Origin: Tubulanus polymorphus | Lineage: Eukaryota; Animalia; Nemertea | DNA length: 64,000 bases | NCBI RefSeq assembly: GCF_964204645.1 | Contig: NC_134026.1 | Span: forward strand, 26,570,150-26,634,149 | Reading direction: 5' to 3' | Shown here: positions 41,914 to 56,224 of the stretch, piece by piece | Position numbering within the stretch: position 1 is the first letter of the stretch | How the letters are laid out: every line of letters starts with the position of its first letter | The notes under the pieces: generated by a model | What the model saw: the letters and a program-made list of their open reading frames with translations, nothing else | Databases searched by the model: none | Told to the model about the DNA's origin: nothing | Program-made: the position numbers and the translations under genes

Positions 41914-44900
41914 ATGATGTTGGCGACAAAACCATTCAAATCGGATTTGTGGCTCCACAGTCATCGAATTCAAAATGCAGTTGGTGATGAAAGGATTGAT
42001 GTTGTTTTACTCGATCATTCCTATTCGAAAGCCTGGAGTTCTCACCCGGATGCTAGTAATGCTAGGCCAGCCAAACTACTGTATATGCAGCCGTTCATGA
42101 GACAATCTGAACCTACAACCAGCAGGAGCCCGAGGTAAGAATAAGATTTAATTAATTGCTCTACTAAGTTACACTTACAGTGAGAGTGACCAATTTTAAC
42201 AGATATGATATTTTTATGATATATCACAATTTTTCATAGTGAACATGATGATATAATCGATGTTACAAGTGAACCGAAGCAGACAGTGTCTCAATTTGAT
42301 TCAAATAAATCTCACACAATTATGAATGAATGCGAACGCCATGTTAATTTCGCTCGCCTCGATGAGGGTTCGGATGATTGGGAAGAAACAGTATGCAGAA
42401 CCGGCTGGTCTATTCAGCAAAATAGATTATTCAATAAAGTAGTCAAAACATTACAAGGTGATCGCTTAGCGAGACTTACGTATAGAAAGGTCAGTTTGTT
42501 AAGATATTCTTTCTGAGAATTATTACATTTTAGATTTAAGATTTTTGTATGTATATTGATAATTTCTATTTTTAGACTTCTAATGAACCTATAAAAAGAC
42601 GGATTCATGTTGATAAGACAGCAAGAAGGATAAGACATGCTTTAGCTTCAGTATCTTGGGTTAGTCTTGACTTTATATGCCTATATTATTGATTTGACCC
42701 ATTTCATTCAAATTATATGTCTACATTGATATTTCATCACCTTGCGTATAGGAACCAAAATTGACTCAGTGGCTGCACAGAATGCTCATTGAATATCTCA
42801 GTCAACCGTTGCTCGCTACTTATCTTGATGTATTGCAGACTCTAAAAGCAAAGGTATTTTTCATGAAATCTGTTTTTATTTCATAACCGACTGATCAAAT
42901 ATGAGTTTATATTTAATGAGTACAGGTGGCTACAACTGAATGAGTGAAGTTTCCTGTATTTCTCTATTTAGGTTCCTAGTTTCATTGAGAAGATGATTGA
43001 GTCATCACTCAATCCTTCGGTGTCTGGTAAAACTTCTACGGATGCATTAAGCTTGCTGCTGAAACGCGTCTGGGATCCAGTCACTTGTAATTTATCCACA
43101 AAATCTGTAAGGGCCTACTACTATCTGTGAGCAAAACAAAACGTTTGCTCTCTTAATACCTTCGGTATGAGTGATAATGGAGTTAATCAATATTCAATTA
43201 TTGTCATTTACAGCAGCGTTTACCGGGAAATCCACTTCTCGTGATCGCTCCATCTGGTCCTGTACAGAATGTGAATACACGTCGAAATCGATTCTGGAAT
43301 TCTCAGCTTTCAAATCTCGGTAAAGTAATCCCAGTTATGATGCACAATCTGGGCAACAACAATGGCGCAGGGCTTCATGTGTCTCAATGCCTCGAGAACA
43401 TTGTTGGAGCTGTAAAGACTAAAATAATGGAGGTAAGCCATTCAATCATGCGATTCCTTTTCGATGGTCATTGAAGACATCTACATCGTATGTTATCATT
43501 TTTCTGTTTCAGTTAAAAGGACATTTTCCACAACGACCTTTGGTCTTGATTGGTTGGAATATTGGAGCCTTGGTTGCACTTCATGTGAGTTTATGGCATT
43601 TATTCTGGGTGTCTGCGCTAAACTTTGTTCACTAAAGAATTAGTGTGAAAATTAGATTTTTGTTTATTCTAAGGTATCATTGAGTGAAATGGTGGCAGCC
43701 ATTGTATGTCTTGGTATGCCATTTAATGGTATAGATGGAGGAAGAGGGGTAAGGAAATAAAATGAATTAATTAAATGGTCAATGTTTGATACACATTCCT
43801 TCAAAATATAATTTTCATTCATCTCAACTCTAGGGTATCGATGACCCTATTTTGGATACCAGGGCACCAACGCTTTATGTTCACGGTCAAAATTCCACAA
43901 CTGGCAGCATTGATGATATTGAAGACTTACGAGAGAAAATGAAAGTTGAAAATGGACTAGTTGTAGTTGGTGGTGCTGATGATATGCTGAGGATGACTAA
44001 GGCGAAGAAAAAACAAGAAACGATAACACAAGCTGTAGTAGACAGAGCTATCCAGGTAAGCCTTATTACATTGTCTTATTTTGGTGAATTCATCGTCTTA
44101 TGGAATTGAAATGATTATTTCCTCTAATTCTAGGAAGAAATGGCTGATTTTCTTGGCAGCATTCTCAGTCAGAATGGCAACTTAGCACAGGAAAGCCCAG
44201 AAAGCTCATCTGATGTCGAGTCAAAGAGAAGATATGTGAGAAAAGTTAGAGGTTCCAGTCCCCCTAAAGGTCTTCCTCTTAAGGTGTGTAGCTTGGTGTG
44301 CCGGTACATGAATTATGAATATGTATAAGATCAAATGATTTTAAAAGTTCTTTGTTATCATGTTTTACAGAAACCAGTAACTTACATGCGTTCAGATCTA
44401 ACCAATCGTCAGAACGCTACCGGTAACATCATTGGTTTAACGTCACAATCTGGTTTAAATCAATTGCAGCAAAATTTTGGAGGTATCTATCAAAGAATGG
44501 CGTTCATTTAGTTCTTCCCTTCGATTAAGTTTTGCATAAAATTATTGCGGTGTATCTTATTTTCAATAGGGCGACGCATGTATATCAAGCGACCATTGAA
44601 TAATGCTAGTGATTTATCAGCACCACCTGCAAAACAGAGAAGGACTGTTTTACCGCAAAATACTACATCAAGTTTAGGAGGTTCGGTGAAACAGAGATTC
44701 AGTGCTGAAAAGCCTTTATTGACTCCATCAAGCGTTTTGCAAGCCGCGATCAGAGCATCAAATCTTTCGCCGTCACAAATAACTGAGATTCGACCGAATT
44801 CTGTTTCAAATCCTGCGTCTAATGTTTTGCCACCGGGTACAACGTATTATACAGTTCATCATACCGGATCCACTCCGACAACGGCTTCAGCTGCGCAATC

Positions 44901-45450
44901 TACACAAATATATCAACTCTTATCTAATATCCCGAAGGTCTCACGAATACCCGGTAATCGCAATGAACTACAATATCACGATTTTCCATTGACAACATCA
45001 ACATTTACGAATTCGACCACAAAAATTACCGACATCGGAATCAGTTCACAGAATACAAAACTCTTAACTCATGCAGTCAACTCGTCACGAGCTTTCGACA
45101 GCCCTTCGAATGTCAGTCCCGATATTCGAAATGTAAAGCCTATTATTGTTAGCTCGGAGCGGCTCGGATATGTTTCTTCTCTTATAGACTCTAAACAGCC
45201 CAGCAAAGAACCAGTAAGGTCATACATCTCCGCTGCGTCAGTGGGTTCTACTTCTAGACCTTCGTCTCCTACAGTCTCTTATCGGTCTATCAATATCGGT
45301 AATAATAGCACTGCTTCTAAAAACACTTTTTCGACAAAAGTGCATACCCCAATGACGTCCTATACGACTACACCAAAAACTGTTCTCCCAACAGCGATTT
45401 CAGCGACAAGGACTCGTAAGATAAAAACACCCAAACAAATTGATATGTAA
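41914..45450 (+). CDS. KANSL3: KAT8 regulatory NSL complex subunit 3
   Basis: [46 protein letters not shown]...[51 protein letters not shown]; S/T-rich final exon. Confidence 0.95.
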
Positions 45451-45875
45451 GAATTGTACTCATTTTATTGTGTGTGTGTGTATACATTTAAAATCCATAA
45501 TGTCAATTCATTGAAAATAAAGAATAGTTCAGTTTTGAAATGTTTATGAGCGTTTGTTAAGCTGTAGAGGAATGGTTTCAACTCTGGTATTATTACGCAA
45601 TGCAATCGCCGTTTCACTAGTGGATTATTGATCGATCTTCGTTTTCAATGTCACCATCATAGCAACATTTTAGCGTAGTAATATCAACAGGTGCTCTTTC
45701 ATAGGAGTTAATGACGAGTCCTCCAATCATATAATATGTTTCTTATTATCAGTATCAATTCATGTAGCTATATCAAAGCACTTTCCATTTCGAGAATAGC
45801 TTAAAGTTACTACAAAAAATTGTTGTTTATTTGGACGCGGAGAGTGCACTGGTCGGTAGCGCTTTAACAAACAAC

Positions 45876-48800
45876 ATGGCGGACACGGCGCAGCGGTTGG
45901 TCTCTTCCCACCGTTCGGGTCACAATTTCCCTAGTATTCCTCCAAAGCCGAATAAAGGATCGATTTCGTACCCGAGGTGAGATACTTTCTTATATGAATA
46001 TAATATGTGATGTTGCCACTTAACTCGACATCCTCAAATCAAGCCTGCGAGTGAACTTTAAGGAAGTCCTTGGAAAAGTTCAATCCTAAAATGAAAACCC
46101 GTTGTCCGGAACGAGTTTGCGGATTCGCTTCATTATTTCATATTCACACTGAAAAGCTCAATTGATACTATATCTCAAAACCGATAATCCATTTTAACAG
46201 GTCGGTGCTAGCAGCTCCATTGACAGCTTTGAAGGGTGTCCTAGTTGATGGAAGAGAACAAGCTCCTGTAAGTATCTCTAACTTTTCAAAATGATTTTTA
46301 TATTACTGTTGCTTGAGTACTTATAATTTATTTGTAGCATCCACAGACACCAAGATGCCGAATTCGAAAAATGGTGGGATTTAGTAATAGATGGAGATTA
46401 CCTCAATCACTTGGCAGTGATTTACTTGGTTCTTCTCAAGCTATCAGGGCAATAAAAAGTTCTTATAATGGAACCATGATACATTTGATATCGGGTAATA
46501 GGATTAAGTCTCGAAAAAAGCCTGATTTGTATCAAGCTCAAATTTTTAAGTATCAAAATTCTTTTATGAAGCTGAAAGTCCAAAGATGTCTATGAACATT
46601 GATATAGCGCAGCCATATACATTCAGAGTGAATGATGATAAGCCTTTTATTAACAAGACAAGCCAGGAAACTAGACATCTACACACTGCTCCACCATCAA
46701 TGCAAAGGTCTGTATATCTCATGTTGTAGATGTGTTGTGAGACATATGTGTTAACCATGTTTTTATCGTGCCAATCCATACAAAAGAGATAGAACGATAC
46801 ATAAAGACTTGAAGAACACTAGGAAATGACATACAAAAAAAGATTTGAACGAAAAACATAAAACTTACAAATTTATAATTCATTCCATCTCAATTTATTT
46901 CTAGAGGTCATGCTCCAATCAAGACATTCATTCCATCCTATGCTCGTCCAGCCACTCCCCTAGACATATTTTTGTATCATTCGAAGGCAGGTAACAACAG
47001 CAGCGCTCCAGGTATAGTTAAAGCAGTATGGGTTAGAGACCGATAGAGATATTGATGAAGTAAAATGGATAATATTCATCATCTATTTCATAGATGTGCT
47101 GTTGCGATGTCTTAAGATGAACTGGGAACTGCACCGACCAGTCGTCCAAAAATCTGAAGCGCTATCTAGACTTCTTCGTACGGCTTCTTCAGCTAAAATG
47201 CGTAAATATACTAAAGACAACTCGACTAGCGAAACCCTGGATAGATTTGTCAGGAAAAGTCGGTATTACGACAGTAATGGAGGGCATGATGTAAATGAAA
47301 CAAGTGTTCCAGAGAATGTTGAAGATACTCTCGTTGATAAAGATGAAGCGATTAAGTCTTATAATCCGACTAAATCGAGTCATGTTGCTGTTATTAAGCT
47401 TAAGATTACTGATCCAAAAATTACAAAACAAGGTACTTTATTTCACGCTCGAGTAATTTGATATACTGGAGATTTTTTTATTCATATGTAATTTGGTTAT
47501 TTGATAGCTCTTGCTGTTGCTCTTGGTAACCTGTATCATGAAGAGGTTGATGTAGAAGATAGCGATGTTGCCGGTGTTCTTGCTGCTGCCCATGCTTTAA
47601 AATTCAAGGCACTATCAGAGGGGTATTTAGTTGATTCACATGTTGACTTGGAATATATATCAACATAAAAACCTCTCAAACCCTTTAACAAATTAGAATA
47701 AATTCAATTGTTTAATATTTATTTTTTAGCTGTGTATCTTTGATGCTGAAGACAATCAATGTGTCTACTGTTTGTTCTTATCACCAAACTGCTGTTAAGG
47801 TAAATACTGATGAATTGTCCCAAACTGAAATGTTGTGAGCACTTAGTTCTAAACATGAATTGATAAAGTTTTAAAATTTTTTCAGTATGGTGAAGAAAAC
47901 CTGATTGTTGCATGTGAACGTTGGTTGGAATTAAACCTTGTACCAAAAGTGAGCAATTGAAATATGTGTTGCAATGCATAAAAGCAAAATTTCACAAATC
48001 TCTGATATTAGGTTACAAGTCAAGTTTTACTTAATTTAAGTTTGCATATTTCTTATATATCCAGTTGTCTACTCAGATCTACTTGCGGCAATTGCCTTAC
48101 AGTTTATTACAGAAAGTATTGAATTCCTCGCGGTGAGTTGTTTTAGAAACAAACATATATGTAATCATTTGTTTGATTCAGTTGGCTACTGATTATTACA
48201 TTAATCCTAACATCCACAGTAATTTGTATATCAATCTGCGGAAATCATATATATTACAGGCTGTTTACGTATAATGAGTACTGTCTTTACAAGATGCTAA
48301 CATTTTGGCTGTTTCTACATTTGAATCCTGATCTGCAACTAATGCCTTCAACAACTACAGTTAAAACTTACTTCAACTGGTAAATTGATTCTCAACTTAT
48401 GGTATGTACGTTGGATCATTTTCTGAACGTTCATGTTTGTTATCTTTACTTCCAGTTTGCCAAAGTCATCGTCATTTTTGGAGCATGAAGTAGGTCAATA
48501 TTATGCCCCCCTGTTCGCTGCTCTTCGGCTTCATGGTGTACTTGACAGTAGGTTTCCTATTTTAAGCTATATCAATGCACATATAAATTCATGTACTTGA
48601 AATGTTATGCTTGTAATTTCCAGCGACCAGTATTCATGATATCAAACAAATGAATATTCTACCTCAGTCAGTGGTCGTTAACACATTGATGAAACATTAT
48701 TATGCCGTAAGTTTTTTTCTATCATTCATATGTATTTACTGTTATGAAACAAAATGTGCAACCTGTTAATCATTTCTTGATCAGTTACAAGGTGGTGGGG

Positions 48801-49459
48801 ACATGTCTCTGATGAGTAACTTCAATTATGCCGCAGTACGCTATGGATTCATTTTAGAAGAAGTAAGTTTCCTTTTCACTTCTGTCAATTGAGAATGTTA
48901 TCTCGGTAATGAGAATGAATATAGTTACTGGTGCAATCTGTTGTATTTTAGGAGCCACATTACGTGTCAGAGATTTTTTCTATACATGGATTTCATTTTG
49001 AACTAAGGGCAGCCCAAAAGACAGAAGAAAACGGTTATGAGTTCTATATGCAAGTAAGAAGCAATGAAATCAACTAACGCTGGTTGGGCATGTAGAGTTA
49101 CTAAAATTCTATATTTCGCTTTTTAGCGTTTAAAACCTAATGATCCATTGTTATCATTCCGAGAATGCGAACGCCATACATTCTCACTTCGTCCAGATCG
49201 TGATGTCAGATACTGTATCACAGTTCAAACATTCAACAAGGGCAATCATCAATGGTTTTCAACTGGTGCGTTATGTCAGAAATTTGGCTTGACGAACAAA
49301 ACAAACTGCAGTGAAGTAAGTTGAACAATTACCCGCATGAAATACCTTGTCTCATTTTCTTAATCACTATGGTACGGGTATTTGTTTCAGGTTTTGAGTG
49401 TATCAGCCCTCGAAGCACCACTTCATGTGACATTTAGCTTACTGTTTCCACCATCATAA
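45876..49459 (+). CDS. BTBD16: BTB/POZ domain-containing protein 16
   Basis: VGFSNRWRLP, DVLLRCLKMNWELH, IKLKITDPKITKQALAVALGNLY, BACK region (SRLFTYNEY), C-terminal FSLLFPPS*; multi-exon, GT-AG introns. Confidence 0.88.
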
Positions 49460-50577
49460 AGAAATGAAAGATTACTTCATAATCACCTAATGGTTGAGTC
49501 TTTGACTGTGATTTAATTTCTTCATAGAATAGCCTTTTAAAGCTCTCTGATATTGCTAACACCAATGATCAAGTTAATCAAGAGAATCTGAGTTCACGGT
49601 GTGACATCATTGAAAAAGTATTTGTGCATTGCATTGTAAATGTTGCTGTTATTAGTTTGCAGTTCATGTTGTATGGTGTATGTGTTGTGATTTCATTTGA
49701 TTATGTTACTTCTCCTTAAATGAGATTATGAAAAGAAAATTGATATTGTGTGCCTTTTACTACTTCCACAAACTGCTAAATCGCTCCTGAAGACAATCAT
49801 GACATAGAAAATTCAAAACTTCTGTAATTTGAACAAACAGGAAATCTTTATTTGTAAAAACTATACACGTAAGCATTGTACATGAAATTAATAAGCATGT
49901 TAGTAAATTAGTAAACCTAATGTTGAAAGACATTTCTATAATTGCATGAAAGCATTGTATTATTTCCTACTTCTAATAATCCTACATGAATCAGGTTTGT
50001 GCGAAATATTGGGACTAAAGCTGATTGAATCTCTTGTATATTTATTTTGCCAAACTGTGTGTCATTTTGCAGTGTTGTGTTTTTATAATAGATATATACT
50101 TTATTCTGTTATGAATCTTTATTGGTATTGAAGTAATGTTTGAGTAACAAATTGCTGTGATAATGTTTGCATTTTATAAGGATTTGAATCCGGATTAAAT
50201 ATGTTTATATTGATTATATTATATATGATGATGTGTTGTTATACATTGAGGGTTGGATTGTAAATCGAATCGGAATTTCCATTTTCAATTTCATTTTACA
50301 GGTCGTATTACGTGAGATTATATTTGTTCATATGAAAGGGTTGTTCCCACATTTCAGAACGTCGGATAGATTGAGATAATCCCGCGTGGGAACTGGCTTA
50401 ACGTAATAGGCTTTTAAATAGAAAAGAGGAATTAGCAGATGGGAAATATAATACTGGTTTACATGGTATACTGGTAGTATGTACGTGAACTAAACTATCA
50501 TGGATCGTCTTCTTGAATACAAATTCCTAGTCAAGTCTAGACAAAGACCTAAATCTAAAAATATTTGTAATTTTGGC

Positions 50578-51549
50578 TCAGGTTAATTGTATGAAGATAA
50601 CACAAAACAACATAGTAATTAATGACGTCAGTGATTTATGTGTTTGGTGAGAGAAGGCATCGTTGCACACATCTGTATCGCAAAAACAGTTATCAACTCT
50701 TCCTTGTACGCCAATATCTCCGTAACAATGGTTGGGGTACGACTTCTTTTCGGGTAACTCTCCACAACCACGTCTGAAGGTAGTGTGATTTTCTGAAGAA
50801 AAAGACATAATTGAACAGAGATGCATGTACTACAATGTATACGTGTAAAAACATTCCCCTCGCTGCAGGCATTTACCGTTCCAGAATTTTTTCCCATTCT
50901 CGTACGTATAAATAGCACTTTTGTCTTTGAAGCACAACTGGTTTGGTAGACAAGTGATATTTTGGATCCCGAATAGTCTCGCATCTTCTTCCTCGCGGGC
51001 AGAATAATCTCGAATATATTTATCAGAACATGGATCGATGCCTGCTTCTTTGAAAATCTTAAGATCTGTGCTACATGAGATGCATGTTAGTACCGGTACC
51101 GTCGTCGGCGATACAGCTAAAGTGTCTACAATCGATAACGAGAAAATTTACGAGGAAATTCTCAAATTACACCCTAATCAATTCTTTGCGTAGATTTTTT
51201 GCCCATGGTTATCAAGACAGTAAAATGATATGCAACGTGAAACTTGCTACTTCCAATATTTTCTACCGATTGCTGGTACAGATCGAAACAACCAAATTCA
51301 AACATCAATTAATAGACTTGTTAAGTTATATGAAATACAAAGATTTTATTGTTATTACATATTTTAAGTCGTACAAATCAATACGCCGTCGCGCGGCACA
51401 AAACACGACATTTACATCCCGATTTATAGTTTGTACCGTATATTACCAGTTTATAGTTAGTTTTGTTTTAGAACCTTACCTCGTGTTAGAGAAAATGAAG
51501 CGATCACGGTGATGAAAATGAAAATTACTGGATTCCCCATATTCACCAT
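50578..51549 (-). CDS. Ly6/uPAR three-finger protein, GPI-anchored (quiver/sleepless-like), 3 exons
   Basis: Signal-peptide exon; LTCISC...C...C...CFK...RRGC...C...CFCDTDVCN; hydrophobic C-terminus. Confidence 0.88.
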
Positions 51550-51880
51550 CTTTGCTTTATCGTTTTACGGCACGTACCAGAGTATATACGTCACGTACTG
51601 GTACTACCACCGCGCGAGCCTTCCGTTTACACTACATTCCATTGCAATTGCTGCATCTATTTTCTCGCATCGGATCTGATCGCACGTGATCAATAGTTTT
51701 ACCCATTAAAAATCAACCATCGTTAATCCAGGGATTTAATTGATTGTGTTAAAAGGTTCTAATCTAAAGATCTCCCGATAGTTCGCGTCGACAAAGTAAA
51801 CGACTTATACGACACTCGAAAGCATAACCCGCCGTGCAGTCTTCAACGGCCGGAATTTCCCAACAACAACATCGGTACCA

Positions 51881-52343
51881 GGCTGCCTAGCCTGACACTG
51901 CGATTGGAGACACTAGTTGCCGGGGTAGTTTTCGGCGCATGAGAGAGCAACAACTGACTGGTTACAATCAGTTGCTCGAACGCGTCGATGTGAGCTAGCT
52001 TACGACTGGTTAGCGTCCATCTATCTCCAGTTCGAGCCAGTTGTGCCCATGTTCTACTGAGCGAAGTTGCGGTAATCAGTTGCTATCCGTCGATGTGGGC
52101 GCTCCATAATCAAAAACACATGGTTGCAACTGACTAAAACAAAACAATTTGTCACATGATTCGAGATGCCCTGAGAATATTTGCTAGATTACACATCTCA
52201 GTTGCTGTCGAATGTGCGCTATGGACCTAGCGACCGGCATGAGCCACGCAGTTGCTGGTTTTCATTAAATTTTCGATATGAGCGGGGTACTCGCTCACTA
52301 GCAACTAGTTGTCTCCAGTCGCTTTGTCGGTGTATGCTTAGCC
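51881..52343. mobile_element. Decayed TIR MITE (PIF/Harbinger-like) with CAGTTG/CAACTG subterminal repeats
   Basis: Left GGCT..GACACTGCGATTGGAGACACTAGTTGC versus right GCAACTAGTTGTCTCCAGTCGC..AGCC; many internal CAGTTG(C) copies. Confidence 0.65.
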
Positions 52344-52344
52344 A

Positions 52345-53452
<1,108 letters not shown>

Positions 53453-53925
53453 GGGACCGTACGGTGCTGCCACCAAGCTCGGAGATGCACTAGATTCAAT
53501 GAAGTTTTATTGTATCATAGAAGAAATGATAAATAGTCCCAACCAATTAGCCAATGTATGATTTACAAAAAGAGTTATGTTACAATTAAGCACAATCAAT
53601 TCCTTCATCCAAACATACAGAAACTATTTATAAACCGTTTATGTTTGTTTCTTCTGAAGCAGAAACCAAACTTTTATTGAATTGAATTGATTCTAAACTG
53701 GCCTTCTAAATTATTTCCGGCCGACATTCGTCTAATTTCTCCAGTACGTAGGTTACGAAAAAAATATCGAAGGAAGGTTAGAAATTATTTAAAAAACTCA
53801 CATGATTTACATTTACTTTTATAAATAACATATATTGGATATCGGATACTAATCCTGATACTGGCTGGGTCGGGAGATTCGAGCCTACACGATTTGATTT
53901 CTAATCTATTTATTTCATTTTCAGG

Positions 53926-55563
53926 ATGGCTGATGATAAATTTGTAGACAATAAACCAGATCCAAGAGTTAGATATCCTCTGACAGTTTTATATTGTGGT
54001 GGTATGTATGAATTTATCTGGCCTTGTAGTATTGTTTGTGAATCATGTTTGGAAAGGTTACATTTATTTTTACGAATTTTATTCTGTATTTTAGAATGTT
54101 CAATGCCCATTGAGGTAAGAAAGGATGCATAAATAAAACATCCCATTATTGGTCTATTTGGAAGGGCAGTTGTTCTTTGCATGACTCTATTTGTATTTGA
54201 ATCATTAGCCTTAGGCTTGGAGTTCATAGTTGAGACTGACTGAATATATCTGATACTATTGCATTTCTTGAAACTTAACAGTATTCAAATATAATCATTC
54301 TGATATAGAATTTTCAATCTTGGCTTCGTTATTGTGGGATTTCTCTCGTTATCATCATACACGGATATTGTATCTTCTCGTCTTAACAGTATTGTGAATA
54401 CAGCGCTAATTATGAAGAATGCAAGAAGTGGTTAGCCGAGAACCTCCCTGCTGAATTTGAAAAGTTATCTGCATTATGTGAGTGTATATACTAAAAAGCT
54501 TTTGAATCAATCATTTGGCTTTATAGTCCAGTTACAATAAATTCTCTATTGTTAGATGATGATAAAGCAACTGATGAAACTGAAGGAGAGAAGAAGAAAC
54601 GTCAAACTAGAGGTGGGAAAGGCGTGAATAAATCTAAGAAAAAAGTTGCTGCCCCACAGAAGATCTGTTTGTTCCGAACATCAAGGGCGAAGAAAAAATG
54701 GACCACAGTAATAACTGGATTATCTTCAAATGGTGATTGTAAAACTTTTTATCATTGCTTGGAGTACCACAATCAATCGCAAAGTTGTAGCTAATGACAT
54801 TGTCTATGATTGTGGTGAGTTTTAAGGACATTAGTTATTCTATATGGTCACCAGGGGCGTTGAATAGTAGAATAACTTAGTATTTCCTTATTAGATTGGT
54901 ACCTAGGCATATTTTGTTACCATGATCAATTTCCAAAGTTGTAATTTAAGACATGTCCTATTATTGTGGTAACGAGGCATATTTTGTTATCACAATCGAT
55001 TACAAAATCGTAGCTGCTGACATGTTCTGTGATTGTAGTGAGTTTCAAGGTCATTGGCTTTTGTATATGGTCACCGGGGGGCGTTGAAATTGTTAGATTG
55101 TTGAGCATTGGAAACCACTTCCCAAGTGGGCATGGTGTCCCAGGACCCCTAGTTGCCAAAAATTTCTGGTTTATTTATTTAGTGTTTAAGGTCCACAATA
55201 GATATGGTAGATGCTTCCATTCTTTTTGGTTGCTTCTCCATGAGGTAGGTTCAAATTATTTCACAATCTAATTTCTTTTTTTTTCTTCTTCCAGAAATAG
55301 ATATAAAGAAGGCCAGTAAAAAGTTTGCTCAAAAATTCAGTTGCGGTTCATCTGTGACTGGAGACGATGAGATTGTTATACAGGGATATTTCAAAGATGA
55401 CCTTTGGGATTATGTGATTGAAGAATTCAAAGTATGAATTAGAGAAAAATATTTACATGTAGTACTTTTTAAGAAGTCAAGGCTCATAGCTAAGTTAATT
55501 CAACTATCTTTTTTTCAGATTGATGAGGATAATATGGATGATTTAGGAGACAAATCTAAATGA
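53926..55563 (+). CDS. DENR: Density-regulated protein (translation reinitiation factor), 6 exons
   Basis: [58 protein letters not shown]; 20-nt exon 2. Confidence 0.96.
54768..55100. repeat. Diverged direct repeats in DENR intron 4
   Basis: CACAATC...GTAGCT...GATTGT.GTGAGTTT.AAGG.CATT...TATATGGTCACC.GGGGCGTTGAA occurs near 54768 and near 54991, with a partial copy between. Confidence 0.7.
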
Positions 55564-56224
55564 TAATCTATGTAAATTACACATGTCTCAAATAATTTGA
55601 AAAAAATTGTTATTTATGCACCAGTATTCCCATGTGTTGATTCATACATTATCAGGATTTCATAAGCAACATCTCTTAGAATTCCCAGACGGACGGTCAC
55701 CTCAAGATCTTATGAACAGGCTATGGATGATCAACAGTAACTATAGCACCTTTTGACATTTGTCAGGAGATTGATGGGCATCAAGAGAAAATTAACTACA
55801 TTACTTCTTGGTCACTTACCAATTTATATTTTACAAGTCGCTATACAATGTGTACATGAAGAATTGAAGTCATTTAACAAATGAATAATTCCCGCTAGGT
55901 ATGGGGAAAAAACTTAACACAAAAATGGATTGAGTTTTAAGTAGAACCCGCTTATTTGAATCATTTAGTTCCAAAGACAGTGAGAAATCAAGATTACTGG
56001 GCAAACACGATATTTTACATACAGTGGTGAATATCATAAAAATATCAGCATTAGATTGAAATCTGGGTTAAACTGATGCTAATTTAAGCAGGTTTTACTG
56101 TACAAAAACATAAATGCAAAAAAATGGATCAGCATAAAAAATTACAATCTTCAGCCACGCCAAACAAACCCTTGAAAAGACACGCGATCTATCAGATATA
56201 AATGGTCGGTTTATAGCTGCTAAA

